Shown: positions 13,948-25,404, counted from the first letter of the stretch. The stretch is 64,000 nt of DNA from Octopus vulgaris (GCA_951406725.2 OX597827.1:24986001-25050000), one strand, 5' to 3'. A program made the numbers and translations. The notes: generated by a model from the sequence alone, not told the origin.

Positions 13948-14150
13948 TGTGTGTGTATTTGTGTTTGTCTTACGCCATCACTTGGCAACCGATGTTGGTG
14001 TGTTTATGTTCCCGAAACTTAGCGGTTTGGCAAAAGAGACCGATAGAATAAATACTAGGCTTGCAAATAATAAGTCCTCGAGTTGATTTGTTCACCTAAA
14101 GGCGGTGCCCCAGCATGGCCGCAGTCAAATGAGTGTAACGTGTAAAATAG
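13719..14150 (+). mobile_element. Second SINE family (tRNA-like head, internal (TA)n, tail ggcggtgccccagcatggcc)
   Basis: Head ggcgcaggcgtggctgtgtggtaagaag. Related fragments at about 32360-32510 (-) and 34035-34320 (+). Confidence 0.7.
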
Positions 14151-16169
14151 TAAAAGAACTAAAGAATATTAAGGTGGCGAGCAGGCAGAATCTTTAGCGT
14201 CTCAAACAAAATGCTTAGCGGTATTTCGTCTGCCGTTACGTTCCGAGTTCAAATTCCGCCGAGGTCGACTTTGCCTCTCATCAATAAAATAAATAGCAGC
14301 CGAGCACTGGAGTTGGCGTAATCGATTTATACTCCTTCTAAATTGCTGGCCTTGTGCCAAAATTTGAAACTTGTGTTGTGAAGTGGTAGACTTGTAGAGT
14401 GTCAGGTAAAGTGCTTTGTGGAATTTGGTGGCGCCCTTTACTTCTTTTGTGCATAGAGAATCTCACGTTGGTCAACAATGTCGTTCATCCTTTGGGGGCC
14501 GATAAAATAAAGTACATGTCAAATGTGTGTGTGTGGGGGGAGGTATACTTAAAATGCGGCTAAGACGGGAATGGAATTATATTTGAACAGACTTCTTAGA
14601 TACACATATAAAACTTGAAAAATAAATGGATGGGATGGTCACGGCTAGAATGTTTTGCTTAGAGGCGGACTCGAATAAGGCTGGAGTTTAACAACACCAA
14701 GAACAACAAAACCGTGAGATTATTATGATTATTCTAAGCGGTTAAATGAAGCTGTATAAATTTGCGTTTTGAAATTAAATAAGTATAAAAAATGGGGAGG
14801 AATGTAGGAAGAGTGACCGTTTTTTTTCCAAGGGAAAGATCAAAGAACCATATTGATATGAAGCAAGTTAAAAGTATTGGATGTAAACAGTGACGTCATT
14901 CAACAGCTGTTAAGTGTTAATTTCATTCTGTGTATTTTACGTCAGAATAATCTACCGCGAATGTTTCACGCAAACACCGTGTTTTGACCACAAAACACCT
15001 GTAAACACGGCCGATCGCATGTTACGCTGTAATTTTCAAATAAAAGAAAATGTATTTACAACACATACAATCAATTTGACTATGGGAAAAAAATTAGAAT
15101 GTTTCATTCTGTTCTCTCATTAAAGACAATACATGTCAACAAAGGCCCGAAGCGTTTCGCTCTCAAATGCATGATTTTGTTTGCTTTGAACTCTTGAATA
15201 TGAATAATGTATTTTAGAACAACCATTTAAGTGTGATAAGTTGTGCGAAAAGATATTAAAACGAATTCATTTATAAAAGAAAATATCGGAGAACGTAGCT
15301 TGTTTACATTGAAACAAATCGTTGCACCTATCCCTTTTATTGTGAATAAACCACCTGCAGCAATACCTTTGGGTCATTTAAAAAGCAAAGAATTGCCAAT
15401 GGAATATTTTGTTTTAAGCATAAATATCGTGGGTGTTCACTCCATTTCCTTTTCCGCACAGCATTTCTGTCGACAGGACAACTCAACTTTAAATTTTTTT
15501 TTCCACACTGACGAAGCTGGATTTTCGTTATGCATTTAATGAATATATATTAAATATTGGTAAAAAATTTAATATTGGTGTGACTTTTATTTTTGGTTTT
15601 AGTAATCCTGAAGGTACCCATCTCCTGTGCAGGATATAAGAGTCGTTGTGGAGGCACATGGCCTAGTTGTTAGAGCACTAATTCCTAATTTCCTAATTCT
15701 GCTCTACGCCTACATACTCTCCTCACCGACGAGACCTAATTGGGGACCAATTTACTCCTCGATTATGTCGTATTGGGTCATATGGTTAAGGATAGAAGGT
15801 TTGCACCAGATTTTGATGGAACTTCTTTACATCTTTTCATCGAGCGATATTGTATCTTCTTCATATAGAACAGGGTTTGATGGAATGTCGATAAGGATAG
15901 ACATTTTTAGGGACTTTTCCTTCAGTAAGGAGGAGAGAAATGGAGGAAGGCTTTCGTGGAGTTGCTGTCACAAGTTTCCCTCAGAATCTGTCTTCTGCCT
16001 TTTCAGCCTGGTTCACCACACAACCTCTTTCGCGAAGTCTACAAGATAGAAAAACACTACCTATCCTTCCCGGCCGAAGGAAAGCGGAGGGACAATTTTC
16101 ACAATGGACTCATCCTACACGCGACAACAGGTGTTTGGCATAACCCCCAAATCAACAATACTCAGGCAC

Positions 16170-16427
16170 TGGAAGGCAGCGAGTTGGCAGAAGCTATTTC
16201 TTTACTACCCACAAGAAGGTAAACACAGAGGGGACAAACAAGGACAGACAAACGGATTAAGTCGATTATATCGACCCCAGTGCGTAACTGGTACTTAATT
16301 TATCGACCCCGAAAGGATGAAAGGCAAAGTCGACCTCGGCGGAATTTGAACTCAGAACGTAACGGCAGACGAAATACGGCTACGCATTTCGCCCGGCATG
16401 CTTAACGATTCTGCCAGCTCGCCGCCT
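16170..16427 (-). mobile_element. Meta-core SINE, full monomer
   Basis: Reverse complement of the family head, core and tail seen at 20861-21090. Confidence 0.85.
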
Positions 16428-16568
16428 TTGCGAGCTGGTAGAATCGTCAGCCGTGTGTGATGCTTCGTGTTTTTTCGTCTGTGTAAGTTGAATGGTTCAG
16501 GGTTGTATTTGGTTTGCGTAATTGTTTTGGATTTTGCTGTTCGCAGCGGCGGTGTTGTTTAAGAAATG

Positions 16569-17800
16569 GCAAGGAGGAACAGGTATTCTGACCTCGGTGA
16601 GTCGGACCTTCGGAGGAGGAACTGGCGAGAGCGGTCAACAGACTGGATATGGCGTTGGAAGGAAGAAGGACTTTCGCAGGAGCAATGAAACCAACAAGTA
16701 AAGAGGTTAACCTTGCTAAGTTACCGGACGGCCAAAACTGGGTGAAGAAGGTAGGCGGTAATGTGGAACTGTCTCCGCCAAGGAAAACGATAAAGAGTTT
16801 TGAAAGGAAAGCTATTACATACATGGTGTTTGCGACATAAAAAAGAAAAATGAATACAGTCAGAATGGAAACCGTGGAGGAGGCATTACGGCCAACAGCA
16901 GAGGAAGTAATATTCCTGACAAGAGGGAATAAGTATGGTACTGTCGTTGTGCAGTTCGAGTCGGAGGCAGTCGCTAGGAGGATGGCAGCAAGGTCTATCA
17001 AAACAGAAAACATATTTTTCTGCCCTCGTATCTTGGCAGGAAGACGTCCCGAATCAGGGTGGAAGGAATCCCGCTCGACATAGAAGCTGAATGGGTAGTG
17101 TCAGCCATCCTCATTGACAATGAGGATAAGGTGAACATACTGCAGGCCACGATTACGGATGAAGGCAACTGGAAAGGAGGAGTATTGGAGATGAGCGTCC
17201 AGGCGGAAGGTGAAGTCCTGGAGCGCTTAACAGAGGTGATCACAATGGGAGACATAAGTATGCGAGTATGGGTGGAGGGCAGATCACCTCGATGTCTTAA
17301 ATGCGGCCTGAAAGGCCACATAAGAGCTAACTGCTCTCCACCAACAAAGGAACCAACGAAGGAGCCCGTAAAAGAGATAGAAGATACCCGGGAGCCGCAA
17401 GAGGAACAGAGAAAGACAAGAAAAGTTGGAAGATAAAACAGATTGGGAAACCAATGGTAAAAGGAAGAAGAGAAAAAGAAAGAAGGCAAGTTATTATGAA
17501 CCCCAATCCACCCCAGCACCACCCACACCCTCTTCGTCCCACCCTTCCCCTACAGACACAAAACCTACCCACTATCCGCCAACAAGAAAACAAAAAACAG
17601 ACACACAGAACAACTTACAAAATCCACTCCCCACTTTAGGTTTATTAGACAAGGAAGACGAGGATCCGTTGGAAATATTAAGGGACTGGGATGGAGTCAA
17701 ATTGCCGGATAGTTGGGATGGGGAGGAATGTATAGAGGTACTTTTAACGGGAAAACAAGTGAAAGAACTTGAAAATGAACTGAACAATGTTTTTTATTAG
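16569..17800 (+). mobile_element. Decayed ORF1 (gag-like) of an L1/Tx1-type LINE
   Basis: Consecutive broken ORFs (16649, 16850, 17059, 17426) with a CCHC knuckle CLKCGLKGHIRANC, followed by a K/E- and P/T-rich region. Confidence 0.75.
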
Positions 17801-18087
17801 TAAGAAAGGAAATAGACCCGGACAAGAAAAAAGAACTAGAAAACAGTACGGGGTGAAAATAGGGGACTATGTATTTTTCGAACGACTGTAAGAAGAGGAC
17901 CTAGGAAAAGAGGACAGGTAAGCGACGTTTTCCGATGGGGCGGGTAGCATCACTTTCATCTTTCATTTTCACCCTCTCATTTTTATCATACGTTTTGTTT
18001 TGGTGGGTGGGGCGTTGGGGACATTTTATGTCCCTAATGTGTTGTTTGTTTCTTATCTTTGTCAGCCCGTCCTGGGTAATGAAGAAA

Positions 18088-19195
18088 TTAGAATCGTTAG
18101 CACGACGAGCAAAATGCTTAGCAGTATTTCGTCTGCCCTTACGTTCTGAGTTCAAATTACGCCGAGGTCGACTTTGCCTTTCATCCTTTCAGCGTCGATT
18201 TCATCCATTTACGCACTGGGATCGATGTAATCGACTTAATCCGTTTGTCTGTCCTTGTTTGTCCTCCCTGTGTTTAGCCCTTTCAAGGGTAGTAAAGAAA
18301 TAGGTATTTCGTCTGCCGGTATTTCGTTCTGAGTTCAAATACCGCCGAGGTCAACTTTGCCTTTCATCCTTTCGGGGACGATTAAATAAGTACGAGTACG
18401 TAACTGGTACTTATTTAATCAACTTTATCCCTTTGTCTGCCCTTCTTTGTCCCCTCTTTATTTAACCCCCTGTGGGCAATAAAGAAATAAATACTTAGGC
18501 ACTGGATGAGTGATGCAGAACAGTTTCGTCACTTTACGCGCATCTTGTGCAGGACCGGCTGACAAGAATTTCCGTGCCTGTTGAATCTCTCTCGAACCAG
18601 CAATGACCCAACCCCCGGTAGCACTGTTAGTCCAGAGATTTCTGAAAATTATTCATAGATCCCCGACCTGTGAGCTCTCCGGCACAGAAAGCTCGTTTGA
18701 TTCCCGTTGACAATTAAAGTCTCCCTTAGAATGTCATTGCCTTTGCCCGCCATTAAACATCTATAGAATACCATTTAATTATATCATTACTAATCTTTTC
18801 TACTATAGGTACAAGGCCTGAAACTTTGGGGGAGGGCTTAAGTCCATTACATCGACCCCACTGCTTAGCTGTACTTCTTTTATCAACCCCGAAAGGATGA
18901 AAGGCAAAGACGACCTCGGCGGAGTTTGAACTCAGAACGTAAAGACGGACGAAATGCCGCTAAGCATTTTACCCGGCGTGGTAACGATTCTGCCAGATCG
19001 CCGTCTTACTTTCTACAATACGCATAAATCCTGAAATTTTGGTGAAGGGGGGCTATTCGACTGCATTGACCCCAGTACTTGACTAGAGCTTATATCGACC
19101 CCGAAAGAATGAAAGGGCAAGTCAATCTGGCGGAATTTGAACTCACAACGTAAAGACGGTAGGAACGCCGCTAACCATTCTGCCAGCTTGCCCTC
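18088..19195. mobile_element. Meta-core SINE cluster (+ dimer 18088-18490; - copies 18795-19195)
   Basis: Family core is present in both orientations. Confidence 0.75.
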
Positions 19196-20860
19196 TTATC
19201 TGTAACAACAGTAATAATCTCTTTATCGACTTCTAGACTTCTAAGGATTTACACGCAGATCGAGGATGGTGCAATACAATGCGATATGATGTGATTCGAT
19301 GTGAGGCTACACGAAAGCGTATAAACAATAAAATAGCAAAAAACAAACTAGAAAATTTCCCCCAAAGTGTGCGGAGGAGACTTTTAAGGACCGCCCGTGG
19401 AAACCCCAGTCACCCTCACCACTACGGTAAGTGTCCCCTCCTCCCTAAATCTATAGGCGTATGCTTGGAGAAGGCCTGTTTATCCGGACCATTGTTGCCA
19501 CCCTCACTCCTTTTCAACAAATTTGCTGCACTTCACTTTCCCCTCGCACTTTCCTTTTCAAGTGGAACTTGAAAAAGTTGGTGAAGGCTTGACCAAAGAG
19601 AAAAGTGTATGGTTTTGTTATTGTATTTTGGTCGCTGCTGCTGCTGCCGTTGCAGCTGTTGCTTTCTGTTTTTAAATCTGCTACTGATTTTACTGTTGAA
19701 AAGAAAAAAAACCTTTGGTCGTCTTGTTGTAGTTGAAGGCTTTTCGTTGACGCCCGACACCACTGGGAGGTGGTCCCCGAAGTCGCTGGAAATGGAGATC
19801 TCCAGGTCCAAATTCTTGAATGGCAGTTGCTGCTGCTGTGGCTGTTTGTTTAGTTTCGTGCTGTTGGTGTTGTAGCTGCTGGAAGCAATGGACCCTACAA
19901 GTTTTCGCTTTCTGTTGCTGTCAAAAGACTTGCAATTGGTTCTTATCACCACATATATGACACCTGTGTCTTCTGTCCTTATATGGAGTTCGGCAAATAT
20001 CGAAAAAGCTACACTTCTCTGATAAAATCTTAGAAAGCTTAACTATATCTAGAATTATCACATTGATGTCCAAAGTTTACCCTAATTCATGTTGATTAGC
20101 TGTGGAGGAAATAATAATTAACCGGATCTGGTTGGAAGATAACTTTCTCCCTTTCTCTCACTAACCTCAACTGTATGGAAAAGCTAAAAGTGTCACAGGC
20201 GTTACACATCCCTGAATAAATATTTAAAATTGAGGAAGTAAGAAAACTTTATTCCTCCTCATTGTAAGCGCAATTCTAATAGTAATTCACCGTCGCTTCT
20301 ACCTGACCGGATAATATATTATAAGTATTAGAAGGGTTTTATTTGCTTTCTATTTTTAAAGATATATTGAATGAAATAAATGTAGCACACTTGACGCTTT
20401 AGTTTTTCAATATCTCTGAAGTTGATTGGAAGAATGGGGAAAGTAAACTTCAAACTAGACAACTGGCGAGAGTTCATGTTCGGATGGAACTTTACTAAAG
20501 ATATTCAAGGAACAGGCGGCTTGTTAAGCACTGGATTAAGATGCAAAAATACCCCGTGTAGAAAAAAAAAGAAAAAAAGAAAGAAAAAATAGAATCCCCA
20601 CGAAACCTCAGTTCCTTCAGTTTAGCAATTCTCTAGCAATTCTCTTAATCACCCCGCTACCCAACACTCTGCTACTTTATTGATTCCAAAACGATGAAAA
20701 GAAGGTTACCGCTTGATACTTTATTTTTATCGCCGATGAAAGAATAAAGAGCGAAGGCGACCTCGGTGGGATTTGAAATCAAGGCACAAAGATCCGGAAC
20801 AATTGCTGCAAAGTTCGAACAACTGACTGAATTCTAATTAACCGATATTTCAGAATTGTG

Positions 20861-21644
20861 AAGGCGGCGAGCTGGCAGAATCGTTAGCACGCCGAGCGAA
20901 ATGCTTAGCAGTATTTCGTCTGCCGCTACGTTCTGAGTTCAAATTCCGCCGGGGTCGACTTTGCCTTTCATCCTTTCGGGGTCGATAAATTAAGTACCAA
21001 TTACGCACTGGGGTCGATATAATCGACTTAATCCCTTTGTCTGTCCTTGTTTGTCCCCTCTATGTTTAGCCCCTTGTGGGTAATAAAGAAATAGGTATTT
21101 CGTCTGCGTTACGTTGTGAGTTCAAATTCCGCCGAGGTCAACTTTGCCTTTCATCCTTTCGGGGTCGATAAATTAAGTACCAGTTACGCACTGGGGTCGA
21201 TGTAATCGACTTAATACCTATGTCTGTCCTTGTTTGTCCCCTCTGTGTTTAGCCCCTTGTGTGTAAAAAAGAAATAGGTATTTCGGCTGCCGTTACGTTG
21301 TGAGTTCAAATTCCGCCGAGGTCGACTTTGCCCTTCATCCTTTCGGGGTCGATAAATTAAGTACCAGTTAAGCACTGGGGTCGATATAATCGACTTAATA
21401 CCTATGTCTGTCCATATTTGTCCCCTCTATGTTTAGCCCCTTGTGGGTAATAAAGAAATATGTATTTCGTCTGCCGTTACGTTCTGAGTTCAAATTGCGC
21501 CGGGGTCTACTTTGCCTTTCATCCTTTCTAGGTCGATACATTAAGTACCAGTTACGCACTGTGGTCGATATAATCAACTTAATCCGTTTGTCTGTCCTTG
21601 TTTGTCCCCTCTATGTTTAGCCCCTTGTGGGTAATAAAGAAACA
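20861..21644 (+). mobile_element. Tetrameric Meta-core SINE with 16-bp target-site duplication
   Basis: One head, then body units starting at 20911, 21095, 21278 and 21462. Flanked by gatatttcagaattgt (20844-20859) and gatatttcaaaattgt (21645-21660). Confidence 0.9.
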
Positions 21645-22334
21645 GATATTTCAAAATTGTCTCCCCTACCAAACGTGATCAAGTTGAAGGAGGGAGCCAC
21701 TGACTACTCCTCGTTGTCTTGTTTTATTTCTTTGCACAACATCTCATGAAATATCTTAGCACTGACTTAACTATTACAAATATCATCCGTTTCCCATATC
21801 TACAGTTGCAATATCGCATTCATCTACACGAGCCTACCGGCCTACTATTAATTTTTACCCGTTCAAATTTATCTTCATCACATCAAAGTTGTGAATCAGT
21901 AGTCATTGTAGCAAAGGATGAAATGCCTTCTGGTATTTGTTCTTGCTCTCTGCGTCCCGACTTCAAGTTCCTTTCAGGTTAATATTGCCTTTGATCAGTC
22001 TCCGCTATCGATAAACTAAAGTAGCAAACCCGAGCAGAATTGCTATAACTTCGGATGCTTTGTGTTATTTGTTATCACACTTTGGGTTCTGAGTCCTTGG
22101 GTGTTAGACAAATTATCATCCGGTTTAACTCCATCACACAGTCCATGGGTTTCATTTCGCAGAGTTCTTTCTAATTAAAGATTCAGGATTGATTTCCAGT
22201 TTGAAGATAACGTCCTCCCTTCGACCCATCAGACGCTAAGGAGACGCGATCTGTTTTTTTTCTCTCCCTGGTTCAATGGTAAAACCATTGAATATTTCCG
22301 AATATTTAGTCTTTGAAAGTTGTCAAAATAAATA

Positions 22335-22335
22335 C

Positions 22336-22433
<98 letters not shown>
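22335..22433. repeat. (CA)n microsatellite
   Basis: Directly visible. Confidence 0.95.
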
Positions 22434-22434
<1 letters not shown>

Positions 22435-23335
22435 TGCAGATTACTACACTTAAGGTAGTAAGCTGAAATTAATTAGCTGTTGTAACTTAGAGGAATTAGT
22501 AATTTGCGTTAATTAAAATTCTCATTAGGGTTATAATTTCGATGAGTTAAAAAGTAGTTTCCGCTCACTTAATCATGTATGATAACTAGTATACTTAACT
22601 GTATGTTACTCATGCAGAAGACCCACGTGGGGAACTTTTTTTGCAGTGTCATTTCAACAAATAATAAATTATTACACTGAACGTGGGTGCTTATATGTGG
22701 TCACTCGATCGACTAGAAATAGCAGACAACTCTTCCTCAAATTATACCTTATTGCTAGAAGAATCAATGATTGGTAAGTGTTTAATGTTTAAACTATGGT
22801 TTTCTTGAGACAGATATCACTCCTCAACAAGAATGTTCTTCTATTTAGATGTCCGTTTCTTAAACTCAACGAGATCTCATCTGAGAATATCAGGGCTCAA
22901 ACGACGCATTCAAGTTAGGACTATCCCAACAGTTTTTCTCAATTTAATATCAAAATATTCAATACAGTTTGAATTTTGTATATTTTTTTTTGGCATCAGG
23001 CAATGAGAATGTGATTAAAGGGAGATTTGGTCGGTCTTTTATTGTCGTTTTCGTTGCTTAATTCAACTAGGCCCTGAATTAACAAACCTATGATCAAATA
23101 AATTTCAACCATCCTATATTTTAAGACGCATGTCTAAAACTACAGTATTTAGGGTGTCCTTTCCTTCTCTGAGCCAGTAAGGTTATAACAACACAAAACC
23201 CTGACTTCAAAATAAGAAGTTCAAGGAAATTCCCCCTGAAATATGATATAGACTTTTATTATTCATCGCCAGTAATAATCTCCCTAATGGTGTGGTAAAA
23301 ATTGGTTGAATATCGTGTTTCATGGTTTATTACAT

Positions 23336-23488
23336 GTTTAATGGTTTTATTTTTGTACACATATGTTGCCTTCCAAATGGTTTCTAATATTTTCATTGGC
23401 GCTACTGTCTACGATAAATGACTTTTGTTCATTATTAAAGATTATAACATATTTTAATTGCTTCTTTTTGTTTTGTTTCTGTTGACAG
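23336..23488 (+). promoter_or_regulatory. Conserved 3' intron segment and splice acceptor of channel exon A
   Basis: Pyrimidine tract cttctttttgttttgtttctgttgacAG (AG at 23487-23488); 150/153 nt identical to 41379-41531. Confidence 0.85.
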
Positions 23489-24436
23489 ATTTATTCCACG
23501 GTAACAATTACGTTTATTATACTGTCCGTAATATCTTTCATCGTAGTTACTCATCCTTGCTGCCGAATACAAGGCGATCGGGATTTTTTTGGAATGGTAC
23601 ACTTAAACGAAACGAGGGAGCAGGAATTTACCTCTATGCCTCATCCTGCGTTTATTGTAATTGATTTAGTTTGTCTCGTATTCTTTACATGCGATTTGGC
23701 AATCAAATACTTCAGTTATCCAAACAGGAAGCTTTTCTTCATAAATGTATTGAATCTTGTGGATATTGCTTCGGTCTTACCTGATTTTATCGCTATTTTT
23801 ATTAGCACTACACTGGATGTAAAAAAGGCCAATGAAGTAATGCACTACGTCAATATTTTAGGGTTATTTCGTTCCCTCAGGATTTTCCGATTGGCACGTT
23901 ACGTCCCAGGATTGTGGATTTTGTTCTACACATTCAAAGCCAGTATCTGGGATTTGTTGTTGATGAACGGCTTTATGATGGTCGGTATGATTGTATTTGC
24001 GACTTTAATTTATCATGCAGAAGATGATAATTTCAACAATATTCCTATTAGTCTGTGGTGGGCGCTGGTCACTATGACTACAGTTGGTTATGGAGATATG
24101 TTCCCATCAAATTTCTTTGGCTATATAGTTGGTTCCCTTTGCGCTATCACCGGCGTGTTAATGGTTGCTTTCACTGTTCCGATTATTGTCAATAATTTCC
24201 TCATGTATTACACGTATTACATACACATTCAATCCAAACAAGAACTAAAGAGACGTCGGGAAAAACATAAGAAAAACGTTGAAAAAACTGAAGAAGATAG
24301 CAAGGTTGGGGAAAGTGAAGAAGATGGTAACGTTGAGAAAAATAAAGAAGATGACAACCTTGAGAAAAAGGAAGAAGATGGCAACGTTGAGAAAAAGGAA
24401 GAAGATGGCAACGTTGAGAAAAAAGAAGGAAGATGA
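23489..24436 (+). CDS. Voltage-gated K+ channel, Shaw/Kv3-like, S1-S6 plus short tail (terminal exon A; N-terminal T1 exon not in window)
   Basis: The frame is open from the acceptor (IYSTVTITFIILSVISFIVVTHP, S1) into ORF 23594..24436. S4 is LFRSLRIFRLARY, the pore is WWALVTMTTVGYGDM and S6 is GSLCAITGVLMVAFTVPIIVNNF. GLWILFYTFKAS resembles the Shaw S4-S5 linker. Confidence 0.9.
   Translation: MYSTVTITFIILSVISFIVVTHPCCRIQGDRDFFGMVHLNETREQEFTSMPHPAFIVIDLVCLVFFTCDLAIKYFSYPNRKLFFINVLNLVDIASVLPDFIAIFISTTLDVKKANEVMHYVNILGLFRSLRIFRLARYVPGLWILFYTFKASIWDLLLMNGFMMVGMIVFATLIYHAEDDNFNNIPISLWWALVTMTTVGYGDMFPSNFFGYIVGSLCAITGVLMVAFTVPIIVNNFLMYYTYYIHIQSKQELKRRREKHKKNVEKTEEDSKVGESEEDGNVEKNKEDDNLEKKEEDGNVEKKEEDGNVEKKEGR
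24275..24436 (+). repeat. Coding minisatellite, 6 x 27 bp (consensus NVEKKEEDG)
   Basis: Units such as aacgttgagaaaaaggaagaagatggc. The last unit has an extra base that leads to TGA. Confidence 0.92.
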
Positions 24437-24835
24437 TAAACGAAAAATTGGATGGGTCAACGAAAGAAGCAAGATGAGAGTAGTCACCGATTCTTCAAGA
24501 GATACATGTACAGTTACAGTGAGTACAGCCGCAGAACGTTTAAATCAATACGCGCGAAGTTAACTTTCTAATCCTCCATTGTCAAACATCGATAGTCGCA
24601 AGCGATTGCATTTGGGTATGGCTAGAAGTTTAACGTCGGGCATTACTAACAAACAAACGAAAAATGGACAGTATCAGTTAAGAGATCCTTTTAAGCATCA
24701 GTTCAGAGACCCTAAATTTCAGCATTCTGCAAACATTATTGAGATATTTTAGACGTTGCCGTCCATTTTAAGGGTGAGAATTCACATTTCGCCTCTGAAC
24801 AAGATATAAATACTATGAAAGCATTCGCATTATAA
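24437..24835 (+). pseudogene. Decayed ancestral C-terminal coding tail of exon A (now downstream of the stop)
   Basis: Out-of-frame translations RKRLHLGMARSLTSGITNKQTKNG and DVAVHFKGENSHFASEQDINTMKAFAL* align with exon B HRRLRVGIARNYMLANNNKQTTNG and DVHQHMNDENSNINCGPEINDLETSML*. Confidence 0.8.
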
Positions 24836-25404
24836 GACATTATTATTACCATTATTATAATTACTGGGGTAGGTCAAACTAGTACAAACCGTAGAATGCC
24901 GGACGAATCGCTTTCCTTAATTAACTTCTTGCACTGAAATCCCGGTAAGATCGTATTTAATTTGGTCTCTCTTGGGTCGATGATTTCATTAGCTACAATT
25001 AACTGGAGTCGATTCTTATAAACTACATCACATTCAATCACACAAAAGTAAGCATCAGATATGATGGCAGTAGTGATGATGATGTTGATGACGATAATAA
25101 TAAAAATAACACTTTAATTTAATCACCAAGTCTAATATGCCAAAGAAAAGGGGCTAGTCGAATATATACACCGTAACACGTGACCAGTAGCTTATTAAAA
25201 GCAAAGTTGACCTGGGTAGGGTTTGAATTCCCTACTTAAAGGGGCCCCGAAAAAATGCTTTAAAATACTTTTTACCCACCACTATAATCCTATGTAAGAG
25301 GAATTCATTCAATAAGATAATAAAAAAAACTACACATTCTGTACATAACACATGATCTAACATCATAGCATCGGTCATAGTCTAATAATATAACATACGA
25401 CATA

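Noticed and set aside
19533-19952. Gln-rich minus-strand ORF as a host exon or channel N-terminus
   Set aside because: It is on the wrong strand for the channel and has no T1 motifs. It more likely belongs to a decayed LINE ORF1, but I cannot assign it.
20861-21644. CRISPR-like array
   Set aside because: The units are full 184-nt SINE bodies without unique spacers, in eukaryotic DNA.
23594-23596. ORF-track ATG starts (23594 and 41541) as true start codons of stand-alone intronless channel genes
   Set aside because: Both frames extend back to identical splice acceptors. A start at 23594 would delete S1, and neither gives a T1 domain.
24561-24563. Stop-codon rescue of the exon A tail by A-to-I editing (UAA to Trp)
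   Set aside because: It would also need two frameshifts and a TGA to be bypassed; decay is the simpler explanation.
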